From Eledone cirrhosa (taxonomy: Eukaryota), in assembly GCA_964016885.1 (NCBI GenBank), contig OZ024748.1, positions 20,584,001 through 20,648,000 of the forward strand: a DNA stretch of 64,000 nucleotides, written 5' to 3'. The notes beneath the pieces are model-generated. The model searched no databases. It saw nothing but the letters and a program-made list of their open reading frames with translations, and was not told the origin of the DNA. Of this stretch, positions 1 through 20,191 are shown in pieces. The translations under genes and the position numbers were made by a program. The first letter of the stretch is position 1; every line of letters starts with the position of its first letter.

Positions 1-2405
<2,405 letters not shown>

Positions 2406-3122
2406 AAGCAGCAAAGTTGACATGGCCCGCAGAATGTGTTCTGGATCCTCAGAACCTTCCAGTCGAGAGATTCCCGCACCATTATCCTTCTCTTCTCTAC
2501 TTTCGCCCGACACACCTTGAATACTGTTGTCCACTGTGGTCTCCCCACATGAAACAAAGTATCATGAAACTTGAAGCTCCTCAAAGGGCAATCACGAAAA
2601 AGATAGATGGCATGTCAGACCTTGACTACTGGGGTCGATTGGAAAACCTGAAACTTTACTCACTCCAACGTCGCCGTGAGCGTTATATTATCTGCATGAT
2701 GTGGAAAATGTTCCATCATCACTGCCCAAATGATGTTGGCATCGCCTTCAAGATACACCCAAGGCTTGGGCCCCGTGCTATCCGTCCCATTCAAAAATCT
2801 AAATCGCAACTCATAACAACAATACGGCACAATTATTTCACCTCAATCGGCCCTGCTCTCTTCAACATCACACCAGGACACGTCAAAACAGAAACTGACC
2901 ACACAAAATTCAAGAAGTCTTTGGACAAATTCCTCCAAGTAATCCCGGACAAACCACCCACACCCCGGATATGTCTCCGCAAACAGTAATTCTCTTCTCG
3001 AATGGGCCATGGTGCCCAAATCCTGAATTGAAAGACTTCGCCAGGTGGTGCTATTAAGTTAGACATGGTCTGGGCAATACTGGCCAAAACATTTCAAAGT
3101 TATTCAAAGTTATTCAAAGTTA
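2406..3122 (+). mobile_element. CR1-group LINE, 5'-truncated 3' fragment (ORF2 C-terminus, 3'UTR, tandem tail)
   Basis: [11 protein letters not shown]...QRAITK...LKLYSLQRRRERY is the typical post-RT region of CR1/L2-group ORF2; ends in (TTCAAAGTTA)x3 at 3093-3122. Confidence 0.85.
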
Positions 3123-5584
<2,462 letters not shown>

Positions 5585-5784
5585 NNNNNNNNNNNNNNNN
5601 NNNNNNNNNNNNNNNNNNNNNNNNNNNNNNNNNNNNNNNNNNNNNNNNNNNNNNNNNNNNNNNNNNNNNNNNNNNNNNNNNNNNNNNNNNNNNNNNNNNN
5701 NNNNNNNNNNNNNNNNNNNNNNNNNNNNNNNNNNNNNNNNNNNNNNNNNNNNNNNNNNNNNNNNNNNNNNNNNNNNNNNNNNNN
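5585..5784. other. Assembly gap (200 N)
   Basis: Run of N. Confidence 0.99.
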
Positions 5785-5844
<60 letters not shown>

Positions 5845-5997
5845 TATATTATATATATATATTATATATATATATATATTATATATATATATATAATATA
5901 TATATATTATATATATATATATTATATATATATATATATTATATATATATATATATATTATATATATACATATATATTATATATATATATTATATTA

Positions 5998-6028
<31 letters not shown>

Positions 6029-6152
6029 ATATATATTATATATATATATATATTATATATATATATATATATTATATATATATATATATTATATATATAT
6101 ATATTATATTATATATATATATATTATATTATATATATATTATATATATATA

Positions 6153-6238
<86 letters not shown>

Positions 6239-6325
6239 ATTATATTATATATATATATATTTATATATATATATATTATATATATATATATTATATATAT
6301 ATATATTATATATATATATATATAT

Positions 6326-6356
<31 letters not shown>

Positions 6357-6519
6357 ATATTATATATATATATTATATATATATATTATATATATATAAT
6401 AATATTATATATATATTATATATATATTATATATATATTATATATATATTATATATATTATTATATATATATATTATATATATATATATATTATATATAT
6501 ATATATTATATATATATAT

Positions 6520-6551
<32 letters not shown>

Positions 6552-6556
6552 TATAT
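5785..6556. repeat. (TA)n microsatellite with TT interruptions
   Basis: Direct reading. Confidence 0.97.
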
Positions 6557-7802
6557 AGAGTCAAAAGGATTTAAAATTAACCTGGCTAAGACCAAAGTTC
6601 TAGTTTGTAGGAAAGAAAACAAGGCGGCGGTCCCTTCTGGGAAATGGTCGTGCTCGGTGTGTAGGAAAGGCGTAGGTAGAAACTCCATTTTATGTCCTAA
6701 ATGCAAAGTATGGGTGCATAAAAGATGTAGTGGGATCACAGGTAAGCTAACTAAAAACATAGATTTTACATGTGGCCGGTGTTCTGGTGCAATAAGTAGC
6801 AGCAAGTGCCCACAAAATACTAGCTCTTTCAATTGCGCAGAGGGTTCTACAGAAATAGTGGACAGCTTCCGTTACCTGGGCGATAAAATCAGCAGTGGGG
6901 GAGGGTGCTCTGAAAGTACTGTAGCTAGAGTCAGAACTGGTTGGAAAAAGTTTAGAGAGCTTATACCACTATTAGCTGCTAAAGGGTTCTCCCTAAAAAT
7001 GAAAGGCAGGTTGTACAATGCCTGCATACGAACAGCAATGTTGCATGGTAGTGAGACCTGGGCATTGTGTGCAGAGGATATACGCAGACTAGAGAGGAAC
7101 GAAGCTTGCATGCTCCGCTGGATGTGTAACAGTAATATACGTGAACGGCAAAGCATAAACGAACTAAGGAAAAAATTAGAGATAAGAGGGATCAGATGTT
7201 GTTTACTCGAGAGAAGGCTGCGTTGGTATGGACACGTGATGCGCATGAAAGTCGATAGCTGTATAACAAAGTGCAGGGCAATAAAGATAGACGGTAGCCA
7301 AGGAATAGGCAGACCTAGAAAAACCTGGGATGAGCTGATAAACTCCGACCTCACACACTTACACCTCTCCAAGACAATGTCACTGGACCGAGACCTTTGG
7401 CGGTACTCAGTAACAGAGAAGACCCGCCTTGCCAGTAGGCATCTCTAACAAAATACACCCCGTCCCGCCACCACCCCCCACCCCACCCCGTTCTATGTAA
7501 AGTTATGTTGGTGCCGTGCCGTGCCATCCAGACCGAAACAAATGAGATCGTGTAGGTGTCACGACAAAAAAACACACAGTCCACGCTGTAATGTGGCCGT
7601 GTAGGCAACACGGTAAAAACCTCCCAGACCCACACTGTAAATGTGGTTGGTGTTAGGAAGGGCATCCAACTGTAGAAAACCTGCCAGACAGTCCTATGCG
7701 AGCAAGACAAACTCTTGCCTCAAGTGGGACTACCCCCGTCCAAACCCATGCAAGCGTGGAACACGGACGTTAAACGTTGATGATGATGATGATGATGATG
7801 AT
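6557..7802 (+). mobile_element. RTE-clade LINE 3' fragment (RT C-terminal part with PHD-type finger, 3'UTR, (GAT)n tail)
   Basis: ORF 6657-7448: EIVDSFRYLG, MLHGSETW, RRLRWYGHVMR, GRPRKTW; upstream in frame GFKINLAKTKVL; (TGA)n tail 7778-7802. Confidence 0.92.
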
Positions 7803-7960
7803 ATATAATATATATATATTATATATATATAATATATATATATTATATATATATAATATATATATTATATTTATATATATAATATATATATTATATTTAT
7901 ATATATAATATATATATAATATATATATATTATATATATATAATATTTCGTTTCTGAATT

Positions 7961-8655
7961 TGTTGTATGGTAGTGAAACCTGGGCGCTGAAGGTGGAAGA
8001 CTTACGTAGATTAGAAAGAAACGAAGCCTGCATGCTCCGATGGATGTGTAACAGTAATATACGTGAACGACAAAGCATAAATGAATTGAGAGAGAGACTG
8101 AGCATAAGAGGAATCAAATGCTGTGTGCAGGAGAGGCGGCTGCGCTGGTATGGACATGTGATGCGTATGAAGGATGACAGCTGCATAAAAAGGTGCAGAG
8201 CACTAGAAGTTGATGGAAACTGCGGAGTGGGGAGACCCAAGAAGACCTGGGATGAGGTGATAAAAGCCAACCCTACCCAATTACACCTCTCAAAGGCAAT
8301 GACACACGACCGTGACCTCTGGCGTCACGCAGTAATACAGAGTACCCGACCTCCCATGGGTACAAGCTGAAGCATATAGACAATATGCCCCCACCGCAAG
8401 GTGGTCGTGGAGGTGTCACGGCAAAAAAGCACCCAGCCCACACTGTAAAGTGGACGTGTAGGCACCACGAAAAAGCACCCAGCACACTGTAAATGAGGTT
8501 GGTGTTAGGAAGGGCATCCAGCTGTAGAAATCAAGCCAAATCAGTTCCTATATGAGCAAGGCATGGTCAGCCAACCAGACACTGCCCACAACAGGACAAC
8601 CCGTCTAACCCATGCTAGCGTGGAAGAACGGACGTAAAACGGTGATGATGATGAT
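7961..8655 (+). mobile_element. RTE-clade LINE 3' fragment (related subfamily)
   Basis: LYGSETW...RRLRWYGHVMR...GRPKKTW; shared 3'UTR GGTGTTAGGAAGGGCATCCA; (GAT)n tail. Confidence 0.9.
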
Positions 8656-8694
8656 ATAATATATATATATATTATATATATATATTATATATAT

Positions 8695-8726
<32 letters not shown>

Positions 8727-8840
8727 TATATAATATATATATATTATATATATATATATTATATATATATATATATATATTATATATAATATATATATTA
8801 TATATAATATATATATTATATATATATATTATATATAATA

Positions 8841-10630
8841 TTATTGCACCAGAGCCCCGGCCACATATAAAATCTATGTTCTTAGTTAGCTTACCTGTGA
8901 TCCCACTACATCTTTTATGTACCCATACTTTGCATTTGGGACATAAAATGGAGTTTCTACCTACTCCTTTCCTACACACTGAGTATGGCCATTTCCCAGA
9001 TGGGACTGGTGCCCTATTTTCCTTCCTACAAACTAGAACTTTAGTCTTAGACAAGTTAACTTTTAAGGCCTTTTGATTCTAGGCCATGCTTCTATGTTTG
9101 GAATTTCTTCTCTAATTCAGCCATTGATTCAGCTATGAGCGTTAGATTATCTGCATATAGGAGTTCCCATGGGCAGCCGGTCTTGAACTCCTCTGTTATA
9201 TCCTGAAGGGCAATAATAAATAGTAGGGGGCTGAGGACGGAGCCCTGATGAACACCAACTTTTACGCTAAACTCATTATATTCGTTGTTAATTCTAACCT
9301 TGCCGACTGTTTCTTTATACATGGCTTCTATAGCTCTCACAAGCCATTCATCAACACCTAGTTTTCTAAGGGCCCACCAGATAATCGAGCGGGGTACTCT
9401 GTCAAAGGCTTTCTCCAAGTCAACAAAAGCTAAGTATAGGGGTTTACTTTTAGCTAGGTACTTCTCCTGTAGTTGTCGTACAATGAAAAGAGCGCCTGTT
9501 GTACTTTTACCTGACACAAACCCGAACTGCATTTCGTCTAGATCAATTCGCTCTCTGATTAGTTGTGCTATTACTTTTTTTCTTTGACCTTCACAACCTG
9601 GTCAATTAATTTAATGCCTCTATAGTTTCCCCCTATCTAGGGCATCACCTTTACCCTTGTAGCAGTTAATGATGATGCTGCTGCGCCAGTCCTTCGGAAC
9701 GACCCCATTCTGTATGACTTGGTTAACTATCCAGGTGACCATAGTGTGTCCCACTATTCCAGATGCTTTCAGCATTTCGGCAACTATTTCCGAAGGCCCG
9801 GCCGCCTTGCCTGTCTTCATGTCTTTGATCACCTTACTTATACTACCTTCAACTTGCACTGCTGGTCCCTCTATTGGGTCGATGTGGGGGAGACTGTCTT
9901 TCTCCCAATTATTCTCCTCATTTAGAAGCCTTTCGTAGTGACACTTCCAAGCTACCTTCTTATCAGCGTCAGTGATGGCAAGTACACCATCATCATTTAG
10001 GACACACTTCTCCGACAATATCACTGTTTTCCTTGACACATTGCCTAGCAATCCTGAACACCTGACGTTTTTGGTCCTCGCGTTGTAAAACATGCTTGAA
10101 CTTTCTTTCCTCTGCTTCCCTTCTTGCGAAGTACACTTGTCTCCTAGCTTCCCTCCTGGCCACTTGATAGTCTTCTCAACTTCCCCCATCCCGCCATGCT
10201 TTCCAAGCCTGCTTTTTGGCCTTGATTGGCCTCTCCACCACCAAGTTACTCTCCTCCTGCCTATAGGCCTGCTCCAGCCACAGGTTTCATCTGTCGCCTT
10301 CAGCAGGTTAGCTTTCGGGAATTCCCACTGTTCCTCTATATTGTACGACTAATTGCTCTTCCTTACTATCAAAAACATCAAGTAATATGCTTTTAAATTC
10401 ATGACTGGCTGTGGGGTCCTTTAATTTCCATATTTTTCTCCTGAGGATAGTCCTCTTCTGTTGTCGAATACGTCTCGTCCTGACTATGAGGTCGCTAATT
10501 ATGAGTATGTTGAGACGTGCATTCTTCATGGGGGAGGGATTTAGTGTTTACAACAGACACTGTCGCGTCCCTCTCCTGGTAAGGATATAATCTACCTGGC
10601 TTGTGTGTTCCCATGATCTATAGATGATTA
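8841..10630 (-). pseudogene. Frameshifted RTE LINE ORF2 fragment (APE endonuclease end, RT, PHD finger)
   Basis: Minus-strand pieces: SQVDYIL (APE end), KGKGDALDRG, QFGF, AFVDLEKAFDRVPR, GVHQGSVLSPLLF, LLYADN (YADD mutated), CPKCKVWVHKRC; several frameshifts. Confidence 0.9.
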
Positions 10631-11409
10631 TATATATACATGATATATAATATACATGATATATAATATACATATATATATAATATAATATATAATATAT
10701 ATAATATAATATATAATATAATATATAATATAATATATATATAATATAATATATATATAATATATATATAATATAATATATATATAATATAATATAATAT
10801 ATAATATAATATAATATATAATATATATATATATAATATAATATAATATATAATATATATATATATAATATAATATAATATAATATATATATATAATATA
10901 ATATATAATATAATATATATATATAATATAATATATATATAATATAATATATAATATAATATATATATATAATATAATATATATATAATATAATATATAT
11001 ATAATATAATATATAAAATATATATAATATATATAATATATATAATATATATAATATATATAATATATATAATATATAATATATAAAATATATATAATAT
11101 ATATAATATATAATATAATATATATAATATATATAATATATATAATATATAATATATAAAATATATATAATATATATAATATATAATATATAAAATATAT
11201 AAAATATATATAATATATATATAATATATATATATATAATATATAATATATATAATATATATATATAATATATATATATAATATATATAGTATATATATA
11301 ATATATATATAATATATATAGTATATATATAATATATATATATATAATATATAATATATATATAATATATATAATATATATATATATATATAATATATAA
11401 TATATATAT

Positions 11410-11455
<46 letters not shown>

Positions 11456-12185
11456 TATATATAATATATATATATATATAATATATAAATATATATAATA
11501 TATATATATATAATATATATATATATAATATATATATAATATATAAATATATATAATATATATATAATATATATAATATATATAATATATATAATATATA
11601 TATATATAATATATATATATATAATATATATATATATAATATATATATATATATAATATATATATATAATATATATATATATAATATATATATATATAAT
11701 ATATATATATATATAATATATATATATATATAATATATATATAATATATATATAATATATATATAATATATCTAATATATATATAATATATCTAATATAT
11801 ATATAATATATATATATCTAATATATATATATCTAATATATATATATCTAATATATATATATCTAATATATATATATCTAATATATATATATCTAATATA
11901 TATATATCTAATATATATATATCTAATATATATATATCTAATATATATATATCTAATATATATATATCTAATATATATATATCTAATATATATATATCTA
12001 ATATATATATATCTAATATATATATATCTCTAATATATATATCTAATATATATATCTAATATATATATCTAATATATATATCTAATATATATATCTAATA
12101 TATATATCTAATATATATCTAATATATCAATTATATCAATTATATATAATATATATATATAATATATATAATATATATAATATAT

Positions 12186-12219
<34 letters not shown>

Positions 12220-12835
12220 ATATAATATATATAATATATATAATATATATAATATATATAATATATATAATATATATAATATATATAATATATATAATAT
12301 ATATAATATATATAATATATATAATATATATAATATATATAATATATATAATATATAATATATAATATATAATATATATATATATAATATATATAATATA
12401 TAATATATATAATAATATATATAATAATATATATAATAATATATATAATAATATATATAATAATATATATAATAATATATATAATAATATATATAATATA
12501 TAATATATAATATATAATATATAATATATATAATATATAATATATATATATAATATATATATATAATATATATATATAATATATATATATAATATATATA
12601 TATAATATATATATATAATATATATATATATAATATATATATATAATATATATATATAATATATATATATAATATATATATATAATATATATATATAATA
12701 TATATATATAATATATATATATAATATATATATATAATATATATATATAATATATATATATAATATATATATATAATATATATATATAATATATATATAT
12801 AATATATATATATAATATATATATATATAATATAT

Positions 12836-12909
<74 letters not shown>

Positions 12910-12945
12910 TATATAATATATATATATATAATATATATATATAAT

Positions 12946-12990
<45 letters not shown>

Positions 12991-13767
12991 TATATAATAT
13001 ATATATATATAATATATATATAATATAATATATATATAATATAATATATATATAATATAATATATATATAATATAATATATATAATATATATATATATAA
13101 TATATATATATATATAATATAATATAATATATAATATATATATATATAATATATATAATATATATATATAATATATAATATATATAATATATAATATATA
13201 TAATATATAATATATATAATATATATAATATATAATATATATAATATATAATATATATAATATATAATATATATAATATATAATATATATAATATATAAT
13301 ATATATAATATATAATATATATAATATATAATATATATAATATATATAATATATATAATATATATAATATATATAATATATATAATATATATAATATATA
13401 TAATATATATAATATATATAATATATATAATATATAATATATAATATATAATATATAATATATAATATATATATATAATATATATATATAATATATATAT
13501 ATAATATATATATATAATATATATATATAATATATATATATAATATATATATATAATATATATATATAATATATATATATAATATATATATATAATATAT
13601 ATATATATAATATATATATATATAATATATATATATAATATATATATATATAATATATAATATATAATATATAATATATAATATATAATATATATATATA
13701 ATATATATATATAATATATATATATAATATATATATATAATATATATATATAATATATATATATAAT

Positions 13768-13810
<43 letters not shown>

Positions 13811-14248
13811 TATATAATATATATATATAATATATATATATAATATATATATATAATATATATATATAATAATATATATATAATATATATATATAATATA
13901 TATATATAATATATATATATAATATATATATATAATATATATATATAATATATATATATAATATATATATATAATATATATATATAATATATATATATAA
14001 ATATATATATATAATATATATATATAATATATATATATAATATATATATATAATATATATATATAATATATATATATAATATATATATATAATATATATA
14101 TATAATATATATATATAATATATATATATATAAATATATATATATAATATATATATATATAATATATATATATAATATATATATATAATATATATATATA
14201 ATATATATATATAATATATATATATAATATATAATATATAATATATAT

Positions 14249-14282
<34 letters not shown>

Positions 14283-16030
14283 ATATATATATATATAATA
14301 TATATATATATAATATATATATATATAATATATATATATATAATATATATATATAATATATATATATAATATATATATAATAATATATATATATAATATA
14401 TATATATAATATAATATATATATATATATATAATTATAATATATATATATATATATAATATATAATATATATATATATATAATATATATATATAATATAT
14501 ATATATAATATATATATATAATATAATATATATAATATATATATAATATATATTATATATAATATATATATACTATATATAACTATATATATAACTATAT
14601 ATATAACATATATATAACATATATATAACATATATATAACATATATATAACATATATATAACATATATATAACATATATATAACATATATATAACATATA
14701 TATAACATATATATAACATATATATAACATATATATAACATATATATAACATATATATAACATATATATAACATATATATAACATATATATAACATATAT
14801 ATAACATATATATAACATATATATAACATATATATAACATATATATAACATATATATAACATATATATAACATATATATAACATATATATAACATATATA
14901 TAACATATATATAACATATATATAACATATATATAACATATATATAACATATATATAACATATATATAACATATATATAACATATATATAACATATATAT
15001 AACATATATATAACATATATATAACATATATATAACATATATATAACATATATATAACATATATATAACATATATATAACATATATATAACATATATATA
15101 ACATATATATAACATATATATAACATATATATAACATATATATAACATATATATAACATATATATAAATATATATAATATATATATTATATATATATATA
15201 TTATATATTATATATTATATATATATATATTATATATTATATATAATATATTATATATTATATATATATATTATATATATATATTATATATATATATATT
15301 ATATATATATATTATATATAATATATATATATTATATATAATATATATTATATATATATATAATATATATTATATATATATATAATATATATTATATATA
15401 TATATAATATATATTATATATATATATAATATATATTATATATATATATAATATATATTATATATATATATAATATATATTATATATATATATAATATAT
15501 ATTATATATATATATAATATATATTATATATATATATAATATATATAGATAATATATATATATATAATATATATTATATATATAATATAATATATATAAT
15601 ATAATATATATATATATAATATATATTATATATATAATATAATATATATAATATAATATATATATATAATATAATATATATAATATATATATAATATAAT
15701 ATAATATATATAATATAATATAATATATAATATATATAATATATATTATATATATATTATATAATATATATTATATATATATTATATAATATATATTATA
15801 TATATATTATATAATATATATTATATATATATATAATATATATATATTATATAATATATATTATATATATATAATATATATATATTATATAATATATATA
15901 TAATATATATTATATATATATATATTATATAATATATATATAATATATATTATATATATATAATATATATATATTATATAATATATATTATATATATATA
16001 ATATATATTATATTATATATATTATATATC

Positions 16031-16064
<34 letters not shown>

Positions 16065-16404
16065 ATATTATATATCTATATATATATTATATATATATAT
16101 ATATATTATATATCTATTATATATATATATATATATTATATATCTATTATATATATATATATATATTATATATCTATTATATATATATATTATATATATT
16201 ATATATCTATTATATATATATTATATATCTATTATATATATATATTATATATATTATATATCTATTATATATCTATTATATATCTATATTATATATCTAT
16301 TATATATCTATTATATATCTATTATATATTATATATATTATATATCTATTATATATTATATATATTATATATCTATATTATATATCTATATTATATATAT
16401 ATAT
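10631..16404. repeat. Very long AT-only simple-repeat tract with homogeneous sub-arrays
   Basis: (TA)n/(TAATA)n; ~15-bp ATCTAATATATATAT array ~11810-12120; 11-bp (CATATATATAA)n array ~14607-15165. Confidence 0.97.
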
Positions 16405-16471
16405 GCTTTCCTTTCATTTTTTTCTAAATACACTTCACCAAGTAACCACACAGCTCCTTGCTGCTTCTAAA

Positions 16472-16506
<35 letters not shown>

Positions 16507-17017
16507 CATATCCATCCCATAACTCCTGATAGAGTATTAGGGGCACTCTTTTGATATACAGCATTACTAGGGCATTTTTAAACCTGGTGCTCATATAGCA
16601 AGATATACTAGCGTGTATGAATGTAACAAGGAGACATGGTTTGTGTGTATAATATTTAATTAACAATCATGGATATATATAGAACAGTATAGTTGACTTG
16701 TCAATGAATAAACGGAAGAATGAAGCAAAGTTAGTAGTTACCGTTTTGATTGCCAGGCAAACGCGAGACGCCTGGCGAAGGTCAGGCGCCGGAAGGGCAA
16801 ATGAGAGAGTGAGAACTTAAAGTTGTTAGTTTTATAGGGTTCTGACCGGAAGTTACAGAAAGGGTTCTACTTCCCATCTAGATGTTAATCTATTGGGGTT
16901 GTGAGTCACAACAAGGGAGGCAACTGCTACACTCAGCTCTCCAGATCTGAATAGAGCAGATTTCTTCCAGAGAAGGATAGAGAGACGTAAGAAAGAGATA
17001 TAGAGGAAGTCTTGTCG

Positions 17018-17155
17018 CCAGTACTAGATTGGTACTTTTTTTATTGACCTTGAATGATTGAAAGAAAGTTGACCTCAACGGGATTTGAACTTAGAAAGCA
17101 GAGAACCCGAACAAATACTGCAAAGCATTCTATCTGACCTAATGACTGCCAATTT
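17018..17155 (-). mobile_element. SINE family A (octopus-type), degenerate
   Basis: Shares GGTACTT..TTATTGACC..GAAAG..AAAGT..GGATTTGAACT motif string with about ten other copies in the window. Confidence 0.7.
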
Positions 17156-17164
17156 GCTGTCTTG

Positions 17165-17870
17165 TAATATTGATGTATTAAATATATTAATATAGTAATA
17201 TTGATAAAGTAATGTAGCAACATTGATATATGAATATATTAATAATACAGTAATATTGATAAATAAATATATAATACAGTAACAGACAAAATGAATAATG
17301 TAGTATTATTGATAAATATTTTAATACAGTAATATTGATATAATAATGTAGTAATATTGATATATAAATATATATAATACAGTAATATTGATAAATAAAT
17401 ACATTAATACAGTAATAGACAAAATAATGTAGTAGTATTGATACAAAATATTTTGATAATACAGTAATATTGTTAAGTAAGAGGAAGTCAATCGACTTTC
17501 GTCAAATCAGACCGAGGAAACAGTGTTTCCATTGGTCTTTCCAATTGCTAATCATATGTCGGTCGCAACTCCAGGTAAGGAGCAACACGAAATAAATTGT
17601 CTTGCTCAAGGACACAACGCATTGCCTGGTCCGGGAATCAAATTCACAACCTCACGATTGCAAATTCAATTTTCTAATCACTCAGCCATGCGCCTTCATA
17701 AATAAATATATTAATAATACAATAATTGACAAAATAATGTAGTAGTATTTGATATCTATATATATTTTAATACAGTAATATTGATAAATAATGTAGTAAT
17801 ATTGACAAATATATTAATAATACAGTAATATTGATATAATAATGTAGAAGTATTGATATAAATATTTTAA
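17165..17870. repeat. AT-rich degenerate ~50-bp minisatellite interrupted by a SINE
   Basis: Recurrent AATACAGTAATATTGATA...AATGTAGTA units. Confidence 0.7.
17500..17699 (-). mobile_element. tRNA-derived SINE family B
   Basis: Minus strand: A-box-like TGGCTGAGTGATT, B-box-like TTTGATTCCC, core GTGTCCTTGAGCAAGACA; homologous to 26975-27172. Confidence 0.8.
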
Positions 17871-17871
17871 T

Positions 17872-18225
17872 ATCTATATATATAAAACTGAGGATGCCTG
17901 TGTGTGTGTGTATGAGTTTGAATTCCTAAAACCTGAAAAGTACCCAAGACTTTTTTCAAACTTTACATGTGTATTACTTATGTTTCAGGGAGAGTTATGC
18001 ACATAAAAAATTCAACTTGTTTATGGCCTAGGGCCCGCATTAGGTGAAAAACTTTATTTTTTCAGCTTTTTAGGGCTTTTTTGAAGCATTACGTCGAGCT
18101 GATTTTCAGAAATTTCAAGGCATATTATGCACATAAAAAATAAATAATAAAAAAATAAAAAAAAAAATAAAAAAAATAAAAAAAAAAATAAAAAATAAAA
18201 AAAATCCATTTTCTTGATCCTAGTA
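17872..18225 (+). mobile_element. Possible non-autonomous Helitron-like element
   Basis: Starts TCTATATATATAAAA followed by short GT repeat; a CTAGT near 18220; no clear subterminal hairpin seen. Confidence 0.3.
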
Positions 18226-18750
18226 ATAGTGATACAACTTTCACTGAATACCTGGCTGCGTAGCTACATTAATACACCAGTAACATTACTTTGATGTATA
18301 GATTTCCAAGATATACAGCTCTCATGCATGTACACAATATGTAACCCAACACTTGCTCTGTAATAAACTCGTCATTGCCTCCCCAACCAGGCTAAGGAGA
18401 CAAGCATCCAAATGCTGTAATGGCACACCCAGTAAGGTGATACTGCTGGTGTCATGATAAAAAGCTTCTACACCACCCTGTAAGGAGTGGTGCTATGACA
18501 AAAAAAAAGCACATACACCACCTTGTAAGGTGGTAGTGCTGACACCATGACAAAAAGCTCCTACACCACCATATAAGTTGGTAGTGCTAGTTCCACAACA
18601 AAAAGGTCCCAGTACACACTAAGTTGGTAGTGCTGGTGTCATGACTAAATGCTCCTACACCACCCTGTTCAGAGGTTGTGCTGGTGCCACGACAAAAAGC
18701 CCCTACACCACCTTGTAAGGAAGTAGTACTGGTGCCACAAGAAAGCTTTC

Positions 18751-19345
18751 GGTATGCACTGTAGAGTGGTAGTACTGGTGCCACGAGAAAGCTTTCGGTA
18801 TGCACTGTAGAGTGGTAGTGCTGGTGCCACGAGAAAGCTCTGTATGCACTGTAGAGTGGTAGTGCTGGTGCCACGAGAAAGCTCTCGGTATGCACTGTAG
18901 AGTGGTAGTGCTGGTGCCACGAGAAAGCTCTCGGTATGCACTGTAGAGTGGTAGTTCTGGTGCCACGAGAAAGCTCTCGGTATGCACTGTAGAGTGGTAG
19001 TGCTGGTGCCACGAGAAAGCTCTCGGTATGCACTGTAGAGTGGTAGTTCTGGTGCCACGAGAAAGCTCTCGGTATGCACTGTAGAGTGGTAGTACTGGTG
19101 CCACGAGAAAGCTCTCGGTATGCACTGTAGAGTGGTAGTGCTGGTGCCACGAGAAAGCTCTCGGTATGCACTGTAGAGTGGTAGTGCTGGTGCCACGAGA
19201 AAGCTCTCGGTATGCACTGTAGAGTGGTAGTACTGGTGCCACGAGAAAGCTCTCGGTATGCACTGTAGAGTGGTAGTGCTGGTGCCACGAGAAAGCTCTC
19301 GGTATGCACTGTAGAGTGGTAGTACTGGTGCCACGATAGAAAGCT
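18751..19345 (+). repeat. 46-bp minisatellite, 13 near-identical units (degenerate units extend back to ~18420)
   Basis: Unit GGTATGCACTGTAGAGTGGTAGTGCTGGTGCCACGAGAAAGCTCTC starting at 18751, 18797, 18841, 18887 ... 19301. Confidence 0.97.
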
Positions 19346-19947
19346 CCTGGTTCACACTAAAGTGTGTTCACGTTAGGAAGGAGATATATCCCAAGAAAAC
19401 CAAGCAGAAATGTATCCCATGGGAGAGACATGACAACACTGGACAGATATGGTGGCGATGTGACAGCCCATCTAACCCATACAAATGTGGAAAACAGACA
19501 TTAACTGGTGATAATGCTGATATAGAGAGGATGTCATTGTGTTCGTCTACATGAATAAACCACTTCAAGTTAACAAGACTTGCCTCTAATTTGTCATTAC
19601 CCAACCTGCAAGAAATAGCAGCTAAATCTTTCATATCACACTATCACCTTAAAGCAGGAAGGACACAATGGAGAGTAGTTCTAGATCCACAAAAAGAAAA
19701 ACTTGGAATGGTCATGGCTGAAAGATGTTTAACTCATATCTGCCCTGCCACAACCAACTAGATTAACAAAAGAAACAAAAAAAACTTTTCCTGCTTTTTT
19801 TTGACAGATTTTGACAAGTTTCATGCTTTGGCAGTTTTCCTTGTAATTTCTTTATCACTGCAATATGACACTAATAGTTACTCCTCTTGGTACCAACCTG
19901 ACCAAAGGTGGTTCTGCTTCTATGACACAAAACCACATATTAGCATT

Positions 19948-20018
<71 letters not shown>

Positions 20019-20092
20019 ATATATATATATATACACACACACAATATATATATATATACACACACACAATATATATATATATATACACACAC

Positions 20093-20191
<99 letters not shown>

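Noticed and set aside
6872-7372. Antisense ORFs over LINE and mariner coding regions
   Set aside because: Shadow frames of transposon ORFs
16690-16915. Possible solo LTRs here and at ~57321-57500 and ~60137-60467
   Set aside because: Only TG/CA-type ends or AATAAA seen; no paired LTR or TSD confirmed
18751-19345. CRISPR-like regular array and three overlapping ORFs
   Set aside because: Head-to-tail units with no unique spacers, no cas genes, eukaryotic context
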